Part shown: positions 25,001 to 35,906 of the stretch, piece after piece | Numbering within the stretch: position 1 is the stretch's first letter | How the letters are laid out: the number at the start of each line of letters is the position of its first letter | From: Ruditapes philippinarum | Taxonomy: Eukaryota | Direction of reading: 5' to 3' | Length of the DNA: 64,000 nucleotides | Assembly: GCF_026571515.1 (NCBI RefSeq) | Contig: NW_026865402.1 | Location: forward strand, 186,001 to 250,000 | Notes under the pieces: model-generated | Databases searched by the model: none | The model's input: the letters and a program-made list of their open reading frames with translations, nothing else | What the model was told of the DNA's origin: nothing | Translations under genes and position numbers: made by a program

Positions 25001-26802
25001 TATGAAACCCCAGAAAAAAGTGACCAATGAACGAGCATCTGAATATGATATTTCTATCGCTATCCCTTTCTCTGTCTTCTGCGATATTTGTTTTCTGAGA
25101 AAATTTGGTGACAGATTTATATTACTTTGTCATTTATTTATAATAATATACATAATAGTTTTACACAGACAATTCAAAATAAACTATAAATAAAAAAAAA
25201 AAAATATTTTTTTTTAAACAATTTATATAAAAAATAGAGTCCATGAAAAGAAAGAAACTTTACAGTCAACTGATGGCAAACTTGTCATCCCTAAAACAGC
25301 TACAATAGCTAAGAAACCAGGACAGAAAAGGAGGGTTAAGGATTCAAAAACTTTATCCTTCCCAAAAAGGGCTTGATTCGAATAAAAAAAAATAGCTATA
25401 CATGTAAGTAAGTATATATTTTTAAACTTCACTGCAAAAACAACCGCTCAAAGATTAGAGCATCTGAGCATGTCAACCATGACTGTCAAGCTCAGCTGGA
25501 CGCTTACCCATCGATTCGTGAAATCCGATTCACCCTGTGTAGTCATCAAAATATAGGTGCTCACCCCACTAAATGTTCACATGGTTATTTTCAGTCCAAT
25601 CTGATCAATATATGTTTCAAAGTCTTAAGTAAATTCTTAAAAGCATAATGAATATTTTTTTGGCTTAAGTGTAAGTGTGTTTGATAATTTAAAACATCAA
25701 TCTGGGCTTTTTTTCACAGGTTGGGGAAGCAGCCCAGCCCTTAATTTTGGGGAAAAATTACACTGTATATTTGCAAAAGTGGAAGAAAAAACTTGATGTA
25801 AATTTAATTTTTGGGGAAAACTGCATGATTTTAAAGAAATTTTCTTTGGGGAAGCAGCCCTAAACCGGCCCCTGTTAAAGAAGGTAAAAAGGCCCTGTCA
25901 ATATCGATTATTTTAAAGTAATTAGGTCACCAGCTAATTAGGGTAAGGTCATTTACACCTGTTCAATTACGCATTTTGATTGGATAGAATTGTCAAATCG
26001 AGTGTCTAATAAAACTTGTGTACTTTTCGGATAGTGTATGTCCTTGCAGAAGTATTTATACCAGACAATTATTTAGGTCACGAATCGATGAGAAGGCACG
26101 AATCGATGAGAATAAGGCATATGTAAATAATAAATCTTTCTTGTCGGTGTTAACGTTACAGTAACAGTACTCGTTGCACTCGAATTTTTCTTGTTGGTAC
26201 ACATACAAAAAAAAAAAACACAGAAAAAAATTATCAAAAACTTATCACATATGAAAAATATATATGCCCTGCATGTTTAACAATCATAAAAACACATTTG
26301 TATGTGTTTATTTGCAATATATAGGCTCTTGTCGGTAATTAGGCAGACCCGACCTGAGCTAATTTGACTCTTTTGGGGACTTTTCGCAGTGGGCCGATCT
26401 GCCATGGGGCCCATTTGACTGTAATTCAACTGTAATTCGGATGAATTATACCCGTACACAGTTCACCCAGAACAGCCAGGGGAAGAATTGGTAAGGTGGG
26501 GAATATTCAGACTACCACTTATACATTTCAAATGATGAATTATTGCGATTGTAAGCACCTTATTGAAAGCTGACACCGAAACTTGTATTAACTTGCAATT
26601 AAAGGTAAAAGATTTAGACATGTTAGATGTGTATCTAAAATTCTACACAGTGAATGATATGACGAAAACCAAAATTATTCGCCGGTAGACCTTATTTTAT
26701 CAATAATTGAATGAGTAAACTGTATAAAATTGAAAAACATATTTACGCTCTATTTTGGGGAAACCCCATTTCCAGCAATGAGTTTATCATCTGTTCTGAC
26801 AT
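16082..26802 (-). CDS. UBXN1: UBX domain-containing protein 1 (SAKS1), 10 exons, 349 aa
   Basis: Exons 26747-26802, 22810-22863, 21876-22088, 21106-21237, 20224-20343, 19558-19629, 18954-19005, 17461-17586, 16688-16868, 16082-16125. All are GT-AG and phase-consistent (1050 nt). Domains: UBA ([34 protein letters not shown]), C2H2-like finger (FKCDECGKLLKDEDAVQFHAAKTQH), charged coiled coil, UBX (TRLQIRLTNG...MTSFPRKVF...ELGLVPSAVLIV). Confidence 0.95.
17638..17856. mobile_element. Degenerate TTAA-flanked MITE (piggyBac-like ends)
   Basis: TTAAAACCTT...AAGGGTTAA ends; internal GATCAG/CTGATC module also seen at ~3050-3100. Confidence 0.45.
18464..18910. mobile_element. Old hAT-type MITE
   Basis: TIR AAGGGGTGTCATGTTTA / TAAACGTGACACCACTA; degenerate 8-bp TSD CACTGAAT vs CATTTAAT. 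Confidence 0.65.
20557..20720 (+). mobile_element. Degenerate tRNA-derived SINE (V-domain-like)
   Basis: A-box TAGCTCAATCGG, B-box GGTTCAAATC, then AGTCTTTTGGTTGATACTTTAAATTAAGGTCCC resembling the V-SINE core. Confidence 0.5.
24045..24282 (+). repeat. 25-bp tandem repeat (CGACAAGAAATGTGTTCATGTCTAC), ~9 copies
   Basis: Period 25 read directly. The reverse-complement motif TTCTTGTCGGT recurs at ~26138, suggesting subterminal repeats of a DNA transposon in UBXN1 intron 1. Confidence 0.9.
25702..25897. mobile_element. CWGGG...CCCTG MITE with 5-bp TSD
   Basis: TIR CTGGGCTTTTT / AAAAAGGCCCTG; TSD TCAAT (25697-25701, 25898-25902). Confidence 0.7.
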
Positions 26803-27254
26803 ACTGATATAGAAGGAAATTTTGTTTCGTTTTGCTTCAGTTTCTCTGGAAGTAAACTTTGAAGAGTATTCAATTCTTATAATAACTCAACTCGTTATTT
26901 ATGATCTCAACTTATTGTAATTGCCACAAAGAGAGTTGTAAAGCGTAAAGTGGTTTGCTTTTACTGAGGTTATTACGCAAAATAAGTGTCGTGTATGAAG
27001 ACAAAGCAAATATGACAAGCTATCATGTGGAAAATATAAATTAAAGAGTTTTTCTGATTTTTTAAGTATCCAGGATATAGGGCCTATTCCTTTTAAAAAA
27101 ATATTGAAGAGATTTTTAAACGAAATTTTCAGCTAATCCAATAGATATATACTGAAAGTCGTTATAGTTCACTGAAAGTGTTGGGGGTACATTCAAGCAC
27201 GGACTTTAATATAAATCCGTGATTCAAGTGAAAAGTGGATTAACTGAAACACAT

Positions 27255-27606
27255 GACGACACTGACAATATGCAAAAAGATTCAGATCTACTAAATAAAT
27301 GGAGTAAAAATTGATTGTTAAAGTTTAATACTGACAAATGCTTTAAACAGAATTTCCATTGAAAATAAAAACCAAGAAAGAGACTCGGGTATTCAGTTTA
27401 AGACTGACGAACACAATAATAACTATAAAATAATGCAAATAGCAAAGTTGCATTGATACAAAAATTATTTTTACATGTTACTCCAAAACAGTTTCGGAAA
27501 TTACACGGAACTTTAATTAGACCTAATTTGGAATATAACAATGTGGTTTTGACACCAAGGTTTAAAGGGGTATTTGAATCTTTAGAAAGAGTGCAAAAAC
27601 GAGCAT
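27255..27606 (+). mobile_element. Degraded CR1-type LINE RT fragment
   Basis: Translates as MQKDSDLLNKWSKN*LLKFNTDKC...TLIRPNLEYNNVVLTPRFKGVFESLERVQKRA, with stops and frameshifts. Confidence 0.8.
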
Positions 27607-29729
27607 TCTAACACGCTTCACCAACCAGATAGGGCAATCAAGTGCATTTTTACACGACATATGCACAGCATTAAAAAAAGATGCTTACACGTCTAATATA
27701 TGACGCCAGATATGATGTCAATAAACCAAATGACGTCAGGAAAATTACTTCTACAGTACGCTCAATGTAGTTCAACATATTTTTTATCAATTCTCTTTTT
27801 CATTAATTGCTTCTTTAGTTGCAACCTTCAGTTCGCATAAATATAATTTTTAAGATAATTTCAAAATCTTGTATAGAACTGTGCACACGTATTGGATTTT
27901 TCCAAACTATATAAATCATATAATAACCTGATTAACTTTTCTTAATTTTTTAAGGCCCTAACTGGGTTACCCACTTTATTCACTTCGTCATAGGTATAAA
28001 GGTATCTGGGTCATCTCAATCATACCTACATCAATTGTATATAGAAGTTTAATCATAATGTACATAAATCAATCATAGATGTATAACATTAGCTTTATTT
28101 AGTTTACAAATTAACCATGTTAACGAACTATCTATTAATGTGTTCATAATTGTCAAATGCATAGGAATACCTTCGTCCTTCCGAGCATTATTTTAGGCAC
28201 AAACCGACACCTGGGTATAGAACCATTGACACACGAAACAATCAAAAGTCCCTGTCTGGATTCGAACCCATAGCGGTGAGCAAACAGAAATACTTGAAGA
28301 ATTATATAATATATATATTATACACTTATATATAATGTGAAATAAAGGCCCACGAAGGAGCAAATGTTTGTTTGTCTAGATATTCTGCCTAACAGGAATA
28401 ATATAAAGCTATATATAAGTTATTGAAATTGTCAAATCAAAGAAAAATAATAGCACACCATCACACAATGCATGCATTAAAATCCACCCATAAAAAGTCA
28501 CCCTTTTATCATATGTTTCACTTTTTATGTGCTATATATGTTTGATCTGTATTGACATTTGTCTACTTTGACTCGTAAACATACGAGTAATATTACCTGT
28601 ATTATCTTTAAAATGATCGGTTCTATATCGATTAACAAATGAGTTTAAGAAAGTTGACTATCGGTTTCCATGGTTACATTGAACTTTGTATCTGATTGCA
28701 AGATGAAGTACAGTGCTTAAGGGAACGTTAATTTATCAATAACATGGTTTATATATAAAAAAAAACAACATTTACTTCATTTGTATTCCTACAGCAAACA
28801 ATGCAATGTGGTCACATAATAGTGTGAGAATCCATGTACATGTAGTAGAATTTCTTGTTTAAGTAACAATGCCTCAAATGATGATTTTTTTTATATAATG
28901 CACTTTACTACATAGGACCTAATGTAACTTTAGACTGTATCTTTATTCATTTATGGAAAAGAGTGATTAAAGAAGAAACAATTACACCATCTTCCGAGTA
29001 TAACCCATTTATTTTGTTTTAGTTTCATTTTATTTATTGTTATTTTTTTATATAAAATATATGATGTGGGTTTATTTCAGGATAACAAGCCTTTCCGTAC
29101 TTAGAGGTAGGTAATTGTTATTTTATGTATGACATGTAATTAGACAATTTTCAGTTATACAAAATTCAATTTTGCGACAGTACTAGTAAATGAAAATGTT
29201 ATTGCGGAAAATATCGTCGAAGGGCTTTGAATGTTCTTAAAGGTTTAAAATATATATTTCGATACCACCCAGAAACTGCATTATGTTTTGAAATGCCATA
29301 AATATCACTATAATTATATAGAATTTAAAACAGATCAGCTTCACTTATTCCACATCACTGCATAGAAACGACAATTTATTAAGGTTGTCACTTCGTGGTG
29401 TTTTTGTTCTGCTTTCATTTTTACAAGCTTCTTTAAAAAAAAAAGTTCTGTTTAAATCTGGAGATGCACGATGTATTAGTGAGAGTGTGCAATCCTACTT
29501 TCAGTTTGAAAAAGAAAAGCAAAAACATATTTATTATTGTGTTGTCATAATGATACGTATATTTTCCCACAGTACGGTTTCAGTCTGCTAACTAAGCATT
29601 TAGACACTGCTATCTGGTCTATATGACTTCCGGCTATTATTGCACGAGTAAATTGTTAAGCATCTTTCATAAGAAAATCCTGGATGCTAGATCTGATGTA
29701 TATATTTATTGTATTCTGACAAGACTTCA

Positions 29730-30900
29730 AATGCTATGGTGTGAATATATTGTATGGACTCTGGATGGATTCCGGATGTTCTTGTATGCATATAAAGATT
29801 GCATCACAATTTCTAAAGAGGATTAAATTGCTATTCTGTGAAACTATTGCATCGCAATACTCTGAAAGGACTTTGGATGCTATTGAGTGGACCTGAAAGG
29901 ACATCGGATGCTATTGCGTAAAGATATTGCATTTCGATATTAAGGAAGGACTTCGGATGATATTGCGTTAAAATATTGCATCGCGATACTAAGAAAGGAC
30001 TTCGGATGCTATAGCGTGAAGATATTGCATCTCGATACTAAGAAAGGACTTCGCGGATGCTATTGCGTGAAAATATTGCATTGCGATACAAAGAAAGAAC
30101 TTCGGATGCTATTGCGTGAAGATATTGAATCGCGATACTAAGAAAGGACTTCGGATGCTATTGCGTGAAAATATTGAATCGCGATACTAAGAAAGGACTT
30201 CGGATGCTATTGCGTGAAGATATTGAATCGCGATACTAAGAAAGGACTTTGGATGCTATTGCATGAAAATATTGAATCACAATACTATGAAAGGACCTAG
30301 GATGATTTTGCATGAACATGATTATTGCTTCGCAGTTCGTGGATGAGAATTCGGGTGCTATTGTGTAAACATATTGGATGCTATTGCGTGAACATATTGC
30401 ATCTTAAAGCTGCACGCCTCCAGATGAACCAAAATATTTCAAGAAAATCATACTTGAAAACAGTACTGAGATTTTAAGAAAAGTAAAAAGATTCAAGATT
30501 AAAGCAATAATTTCTATGTTATGTGCGATTTATGACCAATTTTGCAGTATTTTTCACCATATTTCTAGTGCGTTAGTAACGCAGTGGCTATTTTTGCATA
30601 TTTTGACATCTTTTTGTTGATTTATATATGCATGGGCTGTAAGTGCTGTTTGCAATGTGAAAATTATTATCTTCGTTAACTTCACAATATTCTACTTTTT
30701 TATGCATTTTCTCAATTTTCATGAAAATAAAGATGAATCTGGAGGCGTTCTGCCTTAATACACTGAAAGGGATTCAAGTGTCATTGCGTGAAGATACATA
30801 CATATATTGCGTTGCAATACTCCGGAGGGATTCCGGATACTATTGCGTTGAAATAATTCATCTCAACACTCTTGTTGGACTTCCAGATGCTGCATAAATA
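29730..30900 (+). repeat. 49-bp minisatellite (AAGGACTTCGGATGCTATTGCGTGAAGATATTGAATCGCGATACTAAGA), homogeneous core ~29840-30310
   Basis: Period 49 (e.g. 30141 and 30190); flanking copies are degenerate. Confidence 0.9.
30408..30754. mobile_element. Kolobok-like MITE inserted in the 49-bp array
   Basis: TTAA at both ends (30404-30407, 30755-30758); TIR AGCTGCACGCCTCCAGAT / ATCTGGAGGCGTTCTGCC. Confidence 0.75.
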
Positions 30901-32354
30901 TATTGTATACTGAAACTGTTTAGACTTCCTACATACATGTATATCACCTTTTCAATCTTTCCTGCAAGTAATTTATTATATATTCCTTTAAAATAAAACA
31001 GTAAATATTTCAATAACGAGATCGGTTTTGTTAGAACTAAATTAAAAAGAAAGTATGTATATTTGATGCATGCGTTTATTTTGATCTCTACATATTGTTT
31101 ATTAGCTTTTAATGTCGCGATAATGCTAGATTAATTCATTGATTTATTTTAGCATCGCTTTAATTTCGCCCGCTACTATTAGAATTACAATCTTTTTTTA
31201 TATAAAAGCCCGTATGTATTATTCGATCCCACAGGGAGAGGCAATAATCAGAGTAATTAAGAACATGTTCTGGATGAAGGATTCAAATAGCAAGCACGGT
31301 GCGAATGCAAACATTTACATTTATTGTCAGTGTAAATATAATAAAACGCTCTAATCTGATGTGACAACGTCATCAAACGATCGAATGTTTGAAGATTAAT
31401 GGATTCTTTACACTCTGAAAAAGAATTGTATCTGCATTTAAAAAAAAGCATGCGAGAGGACTTTTTTTGCAGCTGTGGAAGATTTGTTTAATTGTTCAAA
31501 TGACGAGAAAGTAAGAATTTCAAATTGATCGACTTGCATCTGCGAAGGATAGCATCATATTATTTCGGTCAGTCTCTCTGAGCCGAGGGGAGTGGCCCTA
31601 CAAAGAAGGCAGGGACGACTAGCAAAATGTGCTAGGGTGCGTAGGACCCTAGCACAGAGAGTGACAGCTTCAAAAACAGGCCATTTGCTTGGCGCCAAAA
31701 GTCCTTTTCAGTGCTACCTTCTTTTCATATTGTCTCAACATTCAGCTTCTTATTGGCCGCGGCAGAGTGACCTTCTTTTGGCTCAAAATTCATATCTGGA
31801 AATTGCATGGAGGTAAATTATCACCACTTTGTACTTCAAAATTAACCCTTTAAGGGCATCACTGGTGACATGATCGGGGTACTCGACAGTGAAAGCCAAT
31901 CTCCTACGCAGTGATCTCCCCTCATCAGTTCTGTAAAGGGAGGTAATCACTGTGAAGAGTTTGAGTGAAAGCTTGCATGGGCATAACGCCTTTTTATTTG
32001 TTTGGGTCGTCAGCCCAAACAAATAATGGTAGCGAAATTTCAGACTCTAAGGCTGTTAATTGCAATTGCCGAAAGTAGTCCGCTTTTTTTGAAGCGGTTA
32101 CTTCCCTTTATATGTACACTAACGCCGAAAAATTCAGGGGAGATCACTGCGTAAAGATGGTCAAATGACAGGCGCATTAATTTTCAAGCAAAATAATTCC
32201 CGAATGGTCGAAGATTTATAATATTGTTTTATTCTTTATAGATATGCATGCTTATAGTAAGCTCCATGATTATTTACATCTGTGTTAAACAACAGTTAGC
32301 GTCGTTACAAACCCTAATTTAGAATAATATGATTTTCTTCAGGCCGTTAAGTGT

Positions 32355-32425
32355 ACACCATGGCCGAGGGGTTTGCGCGCTCGCTTTGGAAGCGAGAGGT
32401 CTGGAGTTCAAATCCAAGTTAAGGC
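32355..32425 (+). mobile_element. tRNA-derived SINE head / tRNA pseudogene
   Basis: A-box TGGCCGAGGGG, anticodon-like stem CTCGCTT.GG.AAGCGAG, B-box GTTCAAATCC; no intact acceptor stem. Confidence 0.45.
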
Positions 32426-34925
32426 AATTCAATTTTTTTTTTCAAATTGTTTAAGTCAAATGAACATTGGATTGAATATCAGTGTTGCAATTAGTCTTAT
32501 AGCCAATTTACTACAATTAAAACGCTGCAAAGCATTGGTGGCACTATACAAAAACAAATTGGTTTATAATCTCACAACCTTCACCTTTCTGACATTTTGA
32601 GACCCAAACAAATTCAGCGCCTTCTGTGCTTTGATTTTAGACTGGCTCTGCTAATTCTAGGCTTTAAATGAGATTCATTTACTTCTATTTGATACACAAT
32701 AACGGATGCCGCCAGCAATCTGGATAGTCTCCAATAGATGATTATGGTAAATGGAATACAAATATATTATACGAATATTATTACTTTGTATACGGTTTTC
32801 AGGATATTGTTATCTGTCAACATCAATATTATATATTCATTGTATGTTACCAAATGCATACATTAATCGTTTCTGCTTCTGTGCCATTTATATACAAGGA
32901 ATTTAATTCCAAGAATGTTCCCAAAAATAATTAGGTCGTTTAAGTCAATAGATTTTTCAGCACGTGCGCTAAATTTTCAATATTAAAATTATTATAATTA
33001 CCTTTTAAGTGAATAAAACTATATCTCTACTGCCTGCGTTTTACAAAATTTTTGTTATGATTTTGAAAAAGAATAATTCTTAAACGCATGTTTGAAAGAA
33101 ATATGGTGTTACATTTCCTTTTTTAGCGAATGCTGCATGCTATTAAACGGTAAAAAACTTACCTAAACTAGTAGCATAATATTAAGAAACACTTATTCTT
33201 CATGTACAGTTTTCATGTGTACTATACATGTATAGTATCAGAAACATGCAAAATCAAGACATTACGGTTTTTTTATAAAAAAATATTTCATTAGAATTTC
33301 ATTAGATATAGGTTGATTATCTTAAATTAATCACCAGTTACCACCTACGGTATGAGAATCAATAAAAGTGATCATTTATATATCGATTGTTAGATTTATC
33401 TATGAAAATTTTGTATCAGTTACCATGGTTACACGTGCAATAATCACCTCCATTTGTGGCTGATTACAAGTACTTTCATTAAGATACGAGGAGAATTGTT
33501 CGCGCTTTCATATCGGTGTATCACTGAGTGATGAACTAATCGATCTGCAATTAAGCTCACCTTTCACCTTACGAAGACTGCAACAGAAAATTCAGAATTC
33601 CAAGAGCCAAACAAAACACGAGGGATTAGAAATACATGCTGTAAATGACATTTCCCAACTTAGTACCCTTCGTGTTGGTATGAATATTTAAACAGACAAA
33701 TATATTTAACAATCGAATTTTTATTACCTCATTTGATCGAATGAAATGGTTCATTATTTTTTCATCCGTATGTAAAAGTGTTTAACCTTCTTTAATCCGC
33801 ATACCTGACACGGTTATAACAGATCGTGGCAACTTTTTATTTTTAAAATTTAATTATTTGAACACATTTGCAGCACTGCATGGCCTATGGTACCAACAGC
33901 TAAGTTAACTCCCACATAAAGCTATATAGTATGTATTAAAGGATTTTAATATACTGAAAAATGAGGAACAATTCTACCGCAAAATCGAATAACAATAAAC
34001 ACTATAGATCTGTTTGATTTTATTATGGGTGTAGAATAATGTTACATTTGATGTGAAATAACTGAAACATGATATCGACTGCAAATGAATGTGCATAAAT
34101 TATTTTCACCTGACGATAAGTGTTTTTGACAACGGAAAAAATAGACCTAATCTTATCGTGAGATCAAATAAGGAATTGATAGCTTATTAATGATCTTAAA
34201 ATCTTCATTTTGCATTTTCTTTTGTTGAATGATAAGAAGAAAGTTGAATAAAACTGAGTGACATTTGATCCTTCTGCCATTCGAAAGAAATCATTTTGGG
34301 CATATAGTGCACTTGAAGTTTATATTAAAGATACATAAATAATCTTTTGTGCAAAAATAGTGCAAAATTAAAGCATTGTGAAAATGTATAACAGTCAGTG
34401 ATCTGTACTTTAAAACACATGAATTATTTTAATGAAGAGACCCGGTGCATGTAGGTCTTACATACTTACATACTTCAATTTAGAATTTTTATGACTAAAG
34501 TTCCAAGCTTCATATAAATGAGATCTGTCGAGACTTTATATAGCAAATTAAACAATGTGATGCATTTTCTGTGCACTTACATTATACATAGACTTTGTAA
34601 ATAAAAGAATACAACACATTAACATTTGTAGGCCGCAGTTTAAAAAAAACTGCACTATTGGACTAAATTCAATAAAACTGAAATCTTTCAACATAACTTA
34701 TATTTTCATCCTGGTGGTATCAAACAGTAATTGTTTGACATTCCGTATCTAAGAATAACACATAAATTATGATACATGTACTCGAGTCTCATGGACCTAA
34801 AAATTGGTCATATGCCGTATGCGGACTTAGCTAATAGAAATATTGGCAAAATTGGCCCGACGTATTCCGGGAAGCGGTATTTACATGATAACTTTTTTAA
34901 CAATGTATTATATATTGTACTAATT

Positions 34926-35906
34926 TCATTTCACCAGTGTTTGATATTTGGAAGAATTGGTCATTATTTGTCTATAGCGCACCACTCCCTGCAACCAATA
35001 GTGAATTGTTGTTCTGTAACTCTCTGAGAACCAGTTACTTGCAAACGCCGTGGCCAGAAGCATGTGTACATCGTGCTCGAACTCAGAACCGCACCGAGCG
35101 TACTTATCATAACAGCGCCGAACCGCACTGAATATCTTATCCCTGTCTATATACGCGGGTTTCTTTAGTAGAAATCTGGCAATTAGAAATGAAAGTTTGG
35201 CAATACTTTGAGGTGTATACCCGTACTCGTAATCTGGGTCAAAGTCACTGTTGATCTCAATTAATTCACTTCTTTTTTGTTGAAGCTCTTCTTTTGTTTT
35301 CCGATATTCTCGATCTAAAACGCGGTTTTTAGATTCAGATATCTGAAGATCTCGTTTCAGTGTTTTCACTTGATATTCCAGATTTGCTATTTTCGATATC
35401 AGTTCAGAAATGTCAGAAGAATTCAATGAATGGTTGAAGCGTATATTGCTCAACCTATGAGAGGCGTCGTTATCGTCATCGTCATCTCTGATAGAGTTTG
35501 CTATAGCTTCACATCTTATCTGATGGGCGGCGAGTTCGAATCTGCTAATGGTATTGCTGCAGCCAGCACATTCAACCGGCACGTAGCCACATGTCTCCAA
35601 ATGACTCTTTAATCTGTCTAATTTAACAATGACTTTACACCCTCGATCATTAAAGTCACATTCAACATCAAAACCATTTATAAGATTACGGAGGGATAGA
35701 ACGGGTTTCACGTGATCCATAGACACGTTACTGCGACACTCCGGACACGTGTCAGTGCTTGGTCGTCCTAGCCATGTAGTAATACAACGAGAACAAAACG
35801 TGTGCCCGCACGGTGTTAAAACTGCATCTTCAAGAACAGCACTGCATATTCCACAAATCAAATTAGGATCGATTGGTGCTATAAATCGCTGAAGACCGTA
35901 ACCCAT
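34926..35906 (-). CDS. Intronless C3HC4 RING E3 ubiquitin ligase (NRDP1/PDZRN3/RNF151-like N-terminus) with TRAF/SIAH-type Zn fingers, coiled coil and uncharacterised C-terminal domain, 326 aa
   Basis: 981-nt ORF. RING CGIC...CGHTFCSRC...CPEC; Zn fingers CDFNDRGC...HLETC and CAGC...HQIRC; heptad coiled coil ISELISKIANLEYQVKTLKRDL. The MGY..RF N-terminus is typical of the NRDP1/PDZRN group. Confidence 0.88.
   Translation of the reverse strand: MGYGLQRFIAPIDPNLICGICSAVLEDAVLTPCGHTFCSRCITTWLGRPSTDTCPECRSNVSMDHVKPVLSLRNLINGFDVECDFNDRGCKVIVKLDRLKSHLETCGYVPVECAGCSNTISRFELAAHQIRCEAIANSIRDDDDDNDASHRLSNIRFNHSLNSSDISELISKIANLEYQVKTLKRDLQISESKNRVLDREYRKTKEELQQKRSELIEINSDFDPDYEYGYTPQSIAKLSFLIARFLLKKPAYIDRDKIFSAVRRCYDKYARCGSEFEHDVHMLLATAFASNWFSESYRTTIHYWLQGVVRYRQIMTNSSKYQTLVK

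Noticed and set aside
31800-32320. Possible 7SK, telomerase RNA, RNase P or hammerhead ribozyme (GATC pairs, TAACCCT, minus-strand CTGATGAG)
   Set aside because: Only isolated short motifs are present. There is no GAAA partner for a hammerhead, no full template or pseudoknot, and no RNase P CR-I/CR-V pairing.
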